This document shows, one piece after another, positions 42,801 to 52,025 of a DNA stretch of 64,000 bases (within the stretch, counting starts at the first letter, position 1; each line of letters opens with the position of its first letter). The position numbers and the translations under genes are program-made. A model generated the notes under the pieces. That model searched no databases, was not told the DNA's origin, and saw nothing but the letters and a program-made list of their open reading frames with translations. The DNA comes from Candidatus Hydrogenedentota bacterium (GTDB lineage: Bacteria; Hydrogenedentota; Hydrogenedentia; Hydrogenedentales; SLHB01), in the NCBI GenBank assembly GCA_963668025.2, contig CAXXTH010000010.1, forward strand, positions 384,001-448,000. The letters are read 5' to 3'.

Positions 42801-43421
42801 CTCCAGCGCATGGGCGACGTGAACCTCATGGCTATTGAAGAATACGAGGCGTTGGAGCAGCGGCATGGTTTCTTGACTGGCCAGGCCGACGACCTCCAAA
42901 AAGCTCGTGAAGCCCTGCTCGGCGTTATCGCCCGCAGCGACAAGCGCATCCGCGAGATGTTCATGGAGACCTTCGAAGAAGTGGCCAACCACTTTCGCGA
43001 ATATTTCCGCATCCTTTTCAACGGCGGCCAGGCGCGGGTCTATCTCGTGAACGAAGATGACCCGCTCGAGAGCGGCATCGAGATCGAAGCCCGCCCGCCC
43101 GGCAAAAAGCCCACGACCATCTCGCTGCTGTCAGGCGGTGAGAGCGCCATGACCGCCATTGCGCTGTTGTTCAGTATTTTGAAATCAAAGCCGACACCGT
43201 TCTGTATTCTCGACGAGGTGGATGCGCCGCTGGATGACAGCAATATCGGGCGCTTTTTGAACATGGTGGATGATTTCTCCAAAGAGACGCAGTTCATTGT
43301 CATTACGCACAACAAACAGACCATGTCCCGCGCCAACGCCATGTATGGCGTGACCATGCAAGAGCGCGGCGTATCGCAATTGCTGTCAGCGCGGATGACC
43401 GAAGCGCGGGAATCGGCTTGA
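39843..43421 (+). CDS. smc: Chromosome segregation protein SMC
   Basis: GFKSF, GPNGCGKSN, hinge GRVTFLPL, LSGGE and LDEVDAPLD motifs. Confidence 0.97.
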   Translation: MYFKQLELTGFKSFADRTVLRLDPGITAVVGPNGCGKSNILDSLRWVLGEQSSKALRGSHMQDVIFNGSENRHALGMAEVSVTFDNADSKLPVDFAEVQVTRRLYRSGESEYLINKASCRLKDVLELFMDTGIGTQAYSMIGQGKMDMILSQKPEDRRFLFEEAAGIIKYKNRKKVAMRRLESAEQNLLRLMDIVAEIERQMRTLKRQVNAAIRYRELTEQLRDIEIRAAWIKYDRLSQRVAELRELFAKAQDLYEQVSAKVTSLEARHEELDLSRLETDRALASRRERVYEIDREMEKLERQVGLLQQQTEFSRNQQRQAGEEREAFHGRAAAIREQIARTQAETEALRTELEACESAIGEKAQFHAETAGRAAEAEEQVERLRTDAVERMNARARMQTELETIGVRIHNVDTQLASIQEQQGAEDERRAGVEGRLDEARREESEKHAALEIVEKDKASATAEHAAQTQALRDLNERWQTCRERKSSLEARLTSLRELRDNYEGFAVGVRAVMRAKNENMAGMEGIIGPAGDLLSTEKTYEQAIEAALGGNINNVIVKDSAAAKSAINFLKKHNAGRVTFLPLDIIRGGAGDQGQALRKRPGVIGPAIEHVRFEPHIKSAVEYLLHSTLIVETLDHAIEIARTERNYPRLVTLEGEVVSSSGAVTGGRAKNESRGLLGRSAEITELGEKTEALQKEIKSIAERGEAVTKAIQEAQRLARELEQQESALHKELGQLGVVIARQTTELDNLSESTAALAGRREALAEQRRQLEGQKREVEERTQSLENDDETLKEHMAQAQSALSAVREAANAVASELGNLRVQQASLNQRMEELLRDAEREQRELEAAIRDAERRQEMLAQHAGQEETLEEEIQSTLERAGELSENREQAQALVNESENARQEVLDELESIDGELRSLREQQRSGQVDVHRFELELRSDEDKIGFFEERILTEYHIALAQLSAEQVGEDEYDEETRERLVNDIRERLQRMGDVNLMAIEEYEALEQRHGFLTGQADDLQKAREALLGVIARSDKRIREMFMETFEEVANHFREYFRILFNGGQARVYLVNEDDPLESGIEIEARPPGKKPTTISLLSGGESAMTAIALLFSILKSKPTPFCILDEVDAPLDDSNIGRFLNMVDDFSKETQFIVITHNKQTMSRANAMYGVTMQERGVSQLLSARMTEARESA

Positions 43422-43606
43422 TTTTTTGGAGGCCACGAAATACCTAACACGGCATGGCCGCAGCCAAAGAGCCGGATTTTAGACTACAAAATACACTAAA
43501 ATATTAAGCGAAATACTTAGTGACTCCGGCCACGGCGTTATTAATCGCTCCTCAGTGTCATATGTGTCATCTGTGGATCCAAATATCTGAAAGTTTTAAT
43601 ATAGTT

Positions 43607-43628
43607 GTAGGGCGGGGCTTGCCCCACC
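43607..43628 (+). repeat. GTAG-type REP
   Basis: GTAGGGCGGGGCTTGCCCCACC. Confidence 0.78.
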
Positions 43629-43673
43629 AACAATACACAAAAACGGAGAACACAACCACGCGGAGATAACGCG

Positions 43674-44810
43674 ATGCGTGTATTACATCTATTCAGCAAC
43701 GCCAAATGGACCGGTCCAGCCGAACCTGCACTGAACTTGTGCGTAGCGTTGCGGCGCATGGGCGTGGACGCTGATTTTGCCTGCTCGCCGTTATCAGGCG
43801 ATTCCATCAATAAAGTCGTCGAGACCGCCCGCGACCGTGGCATCGAGCCGATTCTCGAGTTTGACCTGCGCAAACACCGCCATCCCTTGTATAACTTCAT
43901 TGATGCGCGGCGGCTCTGTGTCTATTTGCGTTCCCACCCGTATGATTTGATTCATTGCCATCTCGACAACGACCACCGCATCGCCGTTTACCCTGCGAAC
44001 AGATTAGGCGTTCCTATCGTACGCTCCAGCTACAACGGCGAGGGCTTTACCGTAAAGCCCGGCATGCCAAGCCTTCTCGCCTCGGCGGCGCGCATCATCG
44101 AGCCATCCAAACGCGCCCTTGAACATGACGCCACGATGTTGAAATACCCCCGGGAACGCATATGCGTCATCGCCAACGCCGTGGATACGGAACGGTTTGA
44201 CCCCGCCCGCCCCGTGCCTGACGGCCGCCGGTGGCTGGGTATTCCGCCTGAAGCCTTCGTGTTGGGCATCGTGGCGCGCATGCAAACACACCGGCAATAT
44301 GGCGAATTTTTCACCGCCGTCCGCCAGCTTGTGGATACTGAAACCTCCATGAGCCGGGAAACCCATGTCATTGTCGTAGGCCGTGGCACCAAGCAAGCGC
44401 AAGTGGCTTTCGAGCCTGTACGCGCCTTGGGACTCGGTGAACGCGTTCATTTTTCCGGTTACGTGGATGGAGAAAACTACGTAGGCATGCTCAAAGCTTT
44501 TGACGTGAAAGTGTTTCTTGTCCCGGGGAGCGATGGCACCTGCCGCGCCGTGCGCGAAGCCATGGCCATGGGCAAACCCGCCATCGTAGCCGACCGTGGC
44601 ATGCTCGCGGAAATCGTGGACCATGAAGTGAATGGGCTCGTATGCGGCCCTTCGCCGGACGCCCTATTCGAGGCGATGCGCACGCTGGCCACGGATCGCG
44701 CGCGGACGCGCGCCCTGGGCAGCGCCGCACGCGAAAAAGCGGCGACATGCTTCGCGCTTGATGTCCAAGCGCAAAGCGTAATGGACGTATATAGCAGTTG
44801 TTTATCTTGA
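43674..44810 (+). CDS. Glycosyltransferase family 4
   Basis: NAVDTERF and EAMAMGKPAI..GMLAEIV motifs. Confidence 0.88.
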   Translation: MRVLHLFSNAKWTGPAEPALNLCVALRRMGVDADFACSPLSGDSINKVVETARDRGIEPILEFDLRKHRHPLYNFIDARRLCVYLRSHPYDLIHCHLDNDHRIAVYPANRLGVPIVRSSYNGEGFTVKPGMPSLLASAARIIEPSKRALEHDATMLKYPRERICVIANAVDTERFDPARPVPDGRRWLGIPPEAFVLGIVARMQTHRQYGEFFTAVRQLVDTETSMSRETHVIVVGRGTKQAQVAFEPVRALGLGERVHFSGYVDGENYVGMLKAFDVKVFLVPGSDGTCRAVREAMAMGKPAIVADRGMLAEIVDHEVNGLVCGPSPDALFEAMRTLATDRARTRALGSAAREKAATCFALDVQAQSVMDVYSSCLS

Positions 44811-45950
44811 GCTTAGGGCGAATGCGCCGCTGAGATCAGCAATCAAATCATCCATATGCTCGAGCCCCACGGATACCCGGATTAAATCATTGGTGATCCC
44901 TGCCGCCGCCCGCGCATCTTCTGGCATCGAAACATGGGTCATGGACCAAGGATGCTCGATAAGCGATTCAACTCCGCCCAGCGACTCCGCCAGGGTGAAC
45001 AGCCGCACGCCGCCCAAGAGCTTCAGCGCCGCTTCTTCGCCCCCCTTTACCCGAAATGAAAAGGTTCCGCCGAATCCGCTCATTTGCTTGTGAGCCAACG
45101 CATGCTGTGGATGGCTTTCAAGGCCTGGATGCAGCACGCGCTCCACTTGAGGATGGCTCTCAAGCCATTGGGCCACGGAAAGGGCGTTTCGGTTATGGGC
45201 CTCCATGCGCAAGGGCAAGGTCTTGAGTCCGCGAAGCACAAGAAAACAATCGAATGGCGCTTGGCATACGCCCAAGGCATTCTGAAGAAAAGCGATTCGT
45301 TCCGCTGATTCCGCTCGGGCGGCCACCACGGCCCCGCCAACCACATCCGAATGGCCGTTAATATACTTGGTGGTCGAATGGACAACCAAATCCATCCCCC
45401 ACTCGATGGGGCGTTGAAAATAGGGTGACAAGAAGGTGTTGTCACATACGGATATGGCTCCGTGGCTTCGGGCGGAAGCAGCGATAGCTTCCAGGTCGAG
45501 TAGATTCATGAGGGGATTCGTCGGCGTTTCTGTCCATACCATCCGCGTGTTGGGCCGGTATGCGGCCTCCAGCGCATCGCGATCGCGTAGATTGACAAAC
45601 TCCACTTCCACCCCATGCCGCGCCACTACACTGGTGAGCAGCCGGTATGTGCCGCCATACAAATCGTTATGGACAATGATATGATCGCCCGCACTTAATA
45701 AAGAGAGCACCGTTGTCTCGGCCGCCATGCCAGTTCCAAAAGCGAAGCCTTGCACTCCTCCTTCCAGCGCGGCAAGGCAGTCTTCCAATGCCTTGCGGGT
45801 AGGATTCCCCGAACGGGAGTAATCAAACGGACCTGGCTCGCCTACGCCACGGAAGGCGAATGTCGATACTTGATAGATGGGCGTCATAACGGCCCCATAG
45901 GCCGGATCGGGTCCTTGCCCCGCATGAATGGCGCGCGTCTCGAATCGCAT
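44802..45950 (-). CDS. Cystathionine gamma-synthase/lyase (Cys/Met PLP-dependent)
   Basis: YSRSGNPTR, ETPTNP, HSTTKYINGHSD and SLGGVESL motifs. Confidence 0.93.
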   Translation of the reverse strand: MRFETRAIHAGQGPDPAYGAVMTPIYQVSTFAFRGVGEPGPFDYSRSGNPTRKALEDCLAALEGGVQGFAFGTGMAAETTVLSLLSAGDHIIVHNDLYGGTYRLLTSVVARHGVEVEFVNLRDRDALEAAYRPNTRMVWTETPTNPLMNLLDLEAIAASARSHGAISVCDNTFLSPYFQRPIEWGMDLVVHSTTKYINGHSDVVGGAVVAARAESAERIAFLQNALGVCQAPFDCFLVLRGLKTLPLRMEAHNRNALSVAQWLESHPQVERVLHPGLESHPQHALAHKQMSGFGGTFSFRVKGGEEAALKLLGGVRLFTLAESLGGVESLIEHPWSMTHVSMPEDARAAAGITNDLIRVSVGLEHMDDLIADLSGAFALSSR

Positions 45951-46127
45951 GGGATGCTCCCTCTATGTTGTCTATTTTATACCAGACTAATCCGCTTTAA
46001 TTTATTCAGTATGTTAGCGGGAAGGCATTCCTTTTTCAAGAATCCGGTTACGTTCTCTATTCGCCAGGGCAGTCCTCATTATCGTGTAACATGGAATGCG
46101 CAGGCTCACCTTCTTGGTGAAGATAAG

Positions 46128-46266
46128 TCATTTTCAAGGCGCGGAGAACGCAAAGTATCGCAAAGAATCCACGCTTCTCCATTCTCGAATGTGCGAATAA
46201 ACGGTTCGAGAGTGTTTTTCTACTTTGCGGCTCTCTGCGTTCTACGCACCTCTGCGTTGAAGATGA
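46128..46266. repeat. Palindromic element with periodic arms
   Basis: CGCGGAGAACGCAAAGTATCGCAAAG...CTTTGCGGCTCTCTGCGTTC..CTCTGCGTTGAA. Confidence 0.6.
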
Positions 46267-46640
46267 TCGCCTATATCGAGTTACATAAATAAAAAGTATA
46301 ATAGAACAACCTTATCCGGTGATTTGGATTGCGTTCTATATCGCCCGATAAAAAGAAGGAGGGATGCACTTTCCGCAGCATGGCAGCCCCGGGCATGCGC
46401 ATGGGCGGGACGCCCATTCAACGAGCTCTACAGTATCTATATTGTTTTGATACTGCTGTAACAATGGCTGCGAATACATGGCATTTGTATGCACACACAT
46501 GAAGAATACGCCTCTTATCCAGTGATTGGGGTTGCGCGGCAGTTGTGCCCGTATAATAAAGACAGGTATTATGCGCATAAGCGCAGTTGTTCCGCGCCGG
46601 GATAGAAACATATTGAAGAACTATAGAGGAGGGAACCACC

Positions 46641-47216
46641 ATGGCGCTTACTCCATCCACCATGCTTCCGATTGGCACGCCAGCCCCCGATTTTAATCTG
46701 CCCGATCTGGACGGCAAAACCGTCTCATTGGCGGGCTTCGCAGGCAAAAAGGCGTTGCTCGTCCAGTTCATCTGCAACCACTGTCCTTACGTTATTCATG
46801 TGCGGCAAGAATTGGCCAAACTGGGCAAGGAATACCAAGCCAGGGGAGTGGGAATCGTTGCCATAAACGCCAACGATGCGGTGAATTATCCTGAGGACAG
46901 CCCGGCGCACATGAAACGCATCGCGGTGGAAATTGAGTATGCCTTCCCATATCTCTACGACGAAACCCAGCAAGTGGCCAAGGCATATCACGCGGCATGC
47001 ACGCCTGATTTCTTTTTATTCGACGCCCACATGAAGCTCGTATACCGGGGCCAGCTCGACGACAGCCGCCCGGGAAATGACATTCCGGTCACGGGCAAAG
47101 ATTTGCGCGCCGCGTTGGACGCCGTATTGGAAGGCAAATCCGTTTCCACGGTTCAAAAACCGAGCATGGGCTGCAACATCAAATGGAAATCTGGCAACGC
47201 CCCCAGTTATGCATAA
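46641..47216 (+). CDS. Thioredoxin-family (AhpC/TSA) redoxin
   Basis: CNHCPYV, ACTPDFF, YRGQLDD and GCNIKW motifs. Confidence 0.92.
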   Translation: MALTPSTMLPIGTPAPDFNLPDLDGKTVSLAGFAGKKALLVQFICNHCPYVIHVRQELAKLGKEYQARGVGIVAINANDAVNYPEDSPAHMKRIAVEIEYAFPYLYDETQQVAKAYHAACTPDFFLFDAHMKLVYRGQLDDSRPGNDIPVTGKDLRAALDAVLEGKSVSTVQKPSMGCNIKWKSGNAPSYA

Positions 47217-47246
47217 ACCATTTCACTTCTTCAGGGAGAAAGAATA

Positions 47247-48611
47247 ATGCCCGATCTGCAAGCCGCGCTGTCGTATGCGAATCAACACCAGGAACGGTTC
47301 CTGGAAGAGTTTAAAGATTTTTGCGCCATTCCCAGCATTTCGACACTGAGCGAAAATGCGGGCGATGTCGCACGGACGGCGCAATGGCTGGCCGATGAGC
47401 TGGCCCGGCTTGGACTTGAACGGATTCAAATCATTCCGACGAAGCTCCACCCCGTCGTCTGCGGCGAGTGGATGGGCGCTCCTGGCAAACCAGTGGTGCT
47501 GGTGTACGGCCATTATGATGTGCAGCCGGTGGACCCCATCGAGGAATGGATATCGCCGCCCTTTGACCCTGTGGTGCGGGGCGACAACTTGTATGCCCGG
47601 GGCGCTTCCGACATGAAAGGCCAGATCCAGGCTTTGCTGAAGGCGCTCGAGGCCCTCAAACAACAGGGCGCTTTCCCTGTTAATATCCGGTTCATGCTGG
47701 AAGGCGAAGAGGAAATGGGCTCGCCAAGCCTGGAAGATTTCGTCGAAAAACATCGCGGCCTGCTGGTGTGCGATGTTGTGTTGAATTGCGACGGCGGCAT
47801 TGCGGGGCCAGATACGCCCGCACTGACCTATGGCCTGCGCGGCCTGTCCTATTTCGAGCTCGAGGTGTTCGGGCCATCGAGCGACCTCCATTCGGGCGTG
47901 TTCGGCGGCGCGGTGCATAATCCCGCCCAAGCGCTCTGCGAGCTGATCGCAGGCATGCATGGCCCGGATGGCAGCGTCAACCTGCCCGGCTTCTACGACA
48001 CCGTTCGCCCCATCGAGCCGGAGGAACGTGCGGCGCTCGCGGGATTGCCGCTGTCCGATGAGGAATGGAAAACATTGAGCGGCGTGCCTGCGCCCTGGGG
48101 CGAAGCCGAATACACCATCACGGAACGCATCGGCGCACGTCCTACGCTCGAAGTGAATGGCCTGGTGAGCGGCTTCACGGGAGAAGGCGCAAAAACAGTC
48201 CTGCCAGCCCGCGCCATGGCGAAACTCTCGATGCGCCTGGTGCCGGATCAAGACCCATTTGAAGTGGAAAAACAATTGCGCGCCTACCTGGAAACACATG
48301 CGCCCAACACCATCCGCTGGGAGCTGCGCCAATTGAGCGGGGCAGGCCCGGGCATGATCGAACGCGATTCGCCTTATATGCGCGCCGCGCGCCAAGCCCT
48401 GGAAGAAGTCTTCGGCATTCCGCCCAAGTTCAAGCGTGAAGGCGGTTCTATTCCCGTGGTGAGCCTGTTGAAGGAACGTATTGGCGCGGATACCGTATTG
48501 ATGGGATTCGAGCTTCCCGATGCGGGTTTCCATGGGCCGAACGAAAAAATGCATTTGCCCTCTTTCTACCGGCTCATCGAGACTTATATCCGCTTTCTGT
48601 GTATATTATAA
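47247..48611 (+). CDS. M20-family dipeptidase
   Basis: GHYDVQP, RGASDMKG, EGEEE and HGPNE motifs. Confidence 0.93.
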   Translation: MPDLQAALSYANQHQERFLEEFKDFCAIPSISTLSENAGDVARTAQWLADELARLGLERIQIIPTKLHPVVCGEWMGAPGKPVVLVYGHYDVQPVDPIEEWISPPFDPVVRGDNLYARGASDMKGQIQALLKALEALKQQGAFPVNIRFMLEGEEEMGSPSLEDFVEKHRGLLVCDVVLNCDGGIAGPDTPALTYGLRGLSYFELEVFGPSSDLHSGVFGGAVHNPAQALCELIAGMHGPDGSVNLPGFYDTVRPIEPEERAALAGLPLSDEEWKTLSGVPAPWGEAEYTITERIGARPTLEVNGLVSGFTGEGAKTVLPARAMAKLSMRLVPDQDPFEVEKQLRAYLETHAPNTIRWELRQLSGAGPGMIERDSPYMRAARQALEEVFGIPPKFKREGGSIPVVSLLKERIGADTVLMGFELPDAGFHGPNEKMHLPSFYRLIETYIRFLCIL

Positions 48612-48651
48612 GTGGATAAATCCATTTCTGTGGGAGCGCACTGCTTTGAGC

Positions 48652-48673
48652 GGTGGGGCAAGCCCCACCCTAC
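48652..48673 (-). repeat. GTAG-type REP
   Basis: GGTGGGGCAAGCCCCACCCTAC. Confidence 0.8.
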
Positions 48674-48780
48674 AAAACGGCCGGAAGAAGCTCCATTTTT
48701 TGTTGTACAACGCCTTGGCGGTTGATTTATCATAGCGTCACGGATGCATTTGGCTCATTACTTTCTGGAGGAAAACCGTC

Positions 48781-49992
48781 ATGATGATATCAGGGCTCGT
48801 TATTTCGCTGTTTATGCAAACGTTTACTATAGCGGCGGAGCCGGCTCCGCCGCAGGTTGCCGCACCCCAGGCGCTCTCCCCGGCCGCTTGTGAACGGGGC
48901 GTGGTGGACCCCGGCAATCCCGCGCGCATCGAGCGGGCCATGGCCAAAGCCATGCGCGGGGAGCGAGTCGTGGTGGGCGTTATCGGCGGCTCGATCACCG
49001 AGGGCGGTGCGGCATCGGATGTCGAGCATCGCTGGGCCAGCCTGGTGGCCCAATGGTGGCGCACGACATTCCCTCAAGCAACGATTGAGCTGGTGAACGC
49101 GGGACTCGGCGCGACGGGGTCTGACATCGGTTCCGGGCGGGTAGGGTCCAAATTGCTCGCCCATAATCCCGACTTCGTAGTGGTCGAGTTTGGCGTGAAC
49201 GATTCAGGAAAGCCCCATGTTCACGAGACGTATGAAGGGGTGATTCGCCAGATCATGGCTAGTCCCAGCCAGCCGGGCGTCATGATTCTGTATACGATGC
49301 ACGAAACCGGGGCGAACGAGCAGGACAAGCAAGAACCAGTGGGCAAGCATTATGGCATTCCCATGGTGAGTTTCCGCGATGCGGCGTATCCGGATATCCA
49401 GGCAGGCCTGTATCCCGTGTCGGCGGTGCTGGCGGATGCGGTGCATCCAAACGACCTCGGGCACGCCTATTGCGCACAAATGGTGTGTTATATGCTCGAA
49501 CGGATTCGCAGCCAAATGCCGAAAGACTATAAACCTGCTGGGCTGGCCGCTATTCCTGCGCCGTTATTCAGCGATGAATACGCGCGCACGGCGCTGCACA
49601 CGAGTGAAAACTGCACGCCTAAGTCAAATCACGGATGGAAGGCGCTGGATACGCCATACCTTGGCCCTGGATGGGAAAGCAATACGTCGGGCAGTGAATT
49701 GGAATTCTCCGTGGAAGGCACGACGGTTGCCCTGATCTATCAATATAAAAAAGACGATATGGGCCGCATCGAGGCGAAAGTGGATGATGGCGAGCCCGTG
49801 GTGTTCGATGGGTACTATAAAGACGATTGGGGCACTGGCTATGCCCGTTTCGTCGTCGTAGGCGAAGAGCTTGCCCCTGGCCCCCATACGCTGCACATCC
49901 GCCTGCTCGATACGCGGGACGAAGCCAGCAAGGGCAATCTCTTCCGCATTTGCGCGGTGCTGTGCGCGGGCGTTCCCAGCAAAACCCCTTGA
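48781..49992 (+). CDS. Exported SGNH/GDSL hydrolase
   Basis: GGSITEG, EFGVND and DAVHPN blocks. Confidence 0.9.
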   Translation: MMISGLVISLFMQTFTIAAEPAPPQVAAPQALSPAACERGVVDPGNPARIERAMAKAMRGERVVVGVIGGSITEGGAASDVEHRWASLVAQWWRTTFPQATIELVNAGLGATGSDIGSGRVGSKLLAHNPDFVVVEFGVNDSGKPHVHETYEGVIRQIMASPSQPGVMILYTMHETGANEQDKQEPVGKHYGIPMVSFRDAAYPDIQAGLYPVSAVLADAVHPNDLGHAYCAQMVCYMLERIRSQMPKDYKPAGLAAIPAPLFSDEYARTALHTSENCTPKSNHGWKALDTPYLGPGWESNTSGSELEFSVEGTTVALIYQYKKDDMGRIEAKVDDGEPVVFDGYYKDDWGTGYARFVVVGEELAPGPHTLHIRLLDTRDEASKGNLFRICAVLCAGVPSKTP

Positions 49993-50009
49993 GCGGTATT
50001 TGGTGCGGC

Positions 50010-50056
50010 TATGGCAAGCCTCCCCAGATACAAGCGGGGAGGCTTGCCGTATTTTT
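50010..50056 (+). terminator. Intrinsic terminator
   Basis: GGCAAGCCTCCCC...GGGGAGGCTTGCC followed by T-run. Confidence 0.65.
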
Positions 50057-50069
50057 GTACTACTCAAGG

Positions 50070-50396
50070 CTATTTGGAAAAGCTGCGCTTATTGTCCCTC
50101 TTTTTAGTATATTTACGCCTATATATTTCTTCTAGCCTGTTTGATGTAGTTTTTGCTTTTTCTGCTTCATCTAGCATATTCATCTTCTCGTATTCAAAAG
50201 CGATTAAATACCAAAGCGCCATACTATATTCTTTTTTGTAAAAGGCACTAGCCAGTAATTTATAAAAAAATATAGCTGTTTTATGTTTTCCTGTAAAAGA
50301 AAAAAGTAAACCTTGCGGGAGCAAAAACAGTAAGCATAAAATAAACCATGATTTTCTCAACTTTCGCCACTTCCGCATTTTGCGAACAATCAGCAT
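50070..50396 (-). CDS. AT-rich orphan protein (TM/signal + helical region)
   Basis: 108-aa ORF, GAGGA upstream, low GC. Confidence 0.5.
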   Translation of the reverse strand: MLIVRKMRKWRKLRKSWFILCLLFLLPQGLLFSFTGKHKTAIFFYKLLASAFYKKEYSMALWYLIAFEYEKMNMLDEAEKAKTTSNRLEEIYRRKYTKKRDNKRSFSK

Positions 50397-50741
50397 TTCA
50401 TTTCCTCGTGAGACCTGTATCTCCCAGAAAACTTCAATAGAAACGTGCCACCTCTATAATAGAAAAGAATTCCTCTTCATCCAAAGAACCTTGAACAAAC
50501 ACCATCCAAATTGTGCTTGAACTTGAGGTGTTCCCAGAATTTAAACAATTCCTGGGTTCAGCTAAGATAGTCTTGTCTATTCATTGCACACCACTATAAG
50601 CATATTCAACAGAAGGAAACGGTCGAAACATGACTTTTTGCTCGTTATATGTAAAAATGCCGTTTCCCCGAGAGGACTTCCCTGAGAAACCGCTGCATAT
50701 CAAATAATTATATCCAGACTATATAGGCGTATTCCTTGAGC

Positions 50742-50763
50742 GGTGGGGCAAGCCCCACCCTAC
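50742..50763 (-). repeat. GTAG-type REP
   Basis: GGTGGGGCAAGCCCCACCCTAC. Confidence 0.8.
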
Positions 50764-50805
50764 ATATTTTAGTGTATTTAGTTGTTACTATCACAAAGTC
50801 GTTTT

Positions 50806-51864
50806 TCAGGATTTCGCCTGCCAGAGGCGCAAATACTCCATGGCGTTTTGCAGATCCTGAAGCGCCTCGGCGGCGGTGCATAACGGCGCGATCTCGCCCC
50901 GAACCGCGCGCAGAAAATTGACCGCTTGCTGGCGCATGGCATGATTCCATGGAAGCGTGGGCGATACGGCCAGGGGAGCCGCACCACCGCCGGGATCCTT
51001 GAAAACCTCGACCCGGCCCGGCCGGTTGACCGCCACGGGCGCAGGCAACTCAAGCTTTATATAGCCATGCTCGAAACACACCAAAGCCTGCTCATGCCAA
51101 TCGATGGAGGTGCTATACGGTTCCATCTCGATGACGCCTGCCACGCCACTCTCCGCCTCAATGGCAAGCAGCGTATTGTTTTTGGCGAGGTGGACGATAT
51201 GATAGGGCGCACCCAAAAGATGCCGCAGGAGGTTCACTTGGTGAATATAATAATTCACGAACCGCACAAATTCCGTATGCGCTTGTGCATCCATTCCAGG
51301 TGAAGGCGGATCCAATTCAAGCGCGGGCATAGGTTCATCCGATGTAATACAATCCCAAAAGCCATTCGCGACCCAATCGCCGGGCGGCATGGTCAGCCGG
51401 ACATATGTCATCCGGCCCAGTTCGCCCGACGCCTGGAAGGCCTCGATCTGCTCTTTGGCGTACATCGTGGCGGGGTCGCTGCGCTTATGGTAACCCAGCA
51501 TGAGGAATTTCCCGTTTTCACGCTCGGCGGCGGCAATCCTTTCACCAGCTTCCACGGAACTCGCCAGCGGCTTCTCGGACAACACGGGGAGCCCTGTGCT
51601 GAGCAAGGCGGGAAGCAGCGAACCATGCATGGTGAATTGCTGCGGCGCTACGAGCGCATCCAGGCGCTCTTTCCCTACCATTTCCTCCCAGGAAACATAC
51701 GTGTGGGGAATGCCATACCGCGCCGCCACCTGCTGGCCCAGGCCGGGCCGGATCTCCGCCAGCGCCACGACTTCACACTCCGGAAGATGGGCGTAATTCC
51801 GCAGATGGGCGCACTGGCCCATTCCACCCGTTCCCACGAAACCAATCCGAAGTCTCTCAGGCAT
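50806..51864 (-). CDS. Gfo/Idh/MocA-family oxidoreductase
   Basis: GFVGTGGMG Rossmann motif and EKP motif. Confidence 0.9.
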   Translation of the reverse strand: MPERLRIGFVGTGGMGQCAHLRNYAHLPECEVVALAEIRPGLGQQVAARYGIPHTYVSWEEMVGKERLDALVAPQQFTMHGSLLPALLSTGLPVLSEKPLASSVEAGERIAAAERENGKFLMLGYHKRSDPATMYAKEQIEAFQASGELGRMTYVRLTMPPGDWVANGFWDCITSDEPMPALELDPPSPGMDAQAHTEFVRFVNYYIHQVNLLRHLLGAPYHIVHLAKNNTLLAIEAESGVAGVIEMEPYSTSIDWHEQALVCFEHGYIKLELPAPVAVNRPGRVEVFKDPGGGAAPLAVSPTLPWNHAMRQQAVNFLRAVRGEIAPLCTAAEALQDLQNAMEYLRLWQAKS

Positions 51865-52025
51865 TGGCCTTTCTCCTTATACGACTTGGTTTTAAACCAC
51901 GAAATACATTGAAACATTAAGTTAAATACTTTGTGACTCCGTGCTTCTGTGGTGAATGTTCCGAAATTTTAACACAGAGGCACGGAGGAGCACAGAAAAA
52001 TAAGCCCAAACAGAATGATACGCCC

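Noticed and set aside
47223-48554. 443-aa minus-strand ORF (also 40662-41753, 36610-37467, 37181-38047, 59316-60239)
   Set aside because: Antisense shadows of well-supported genes in high-GC DNA
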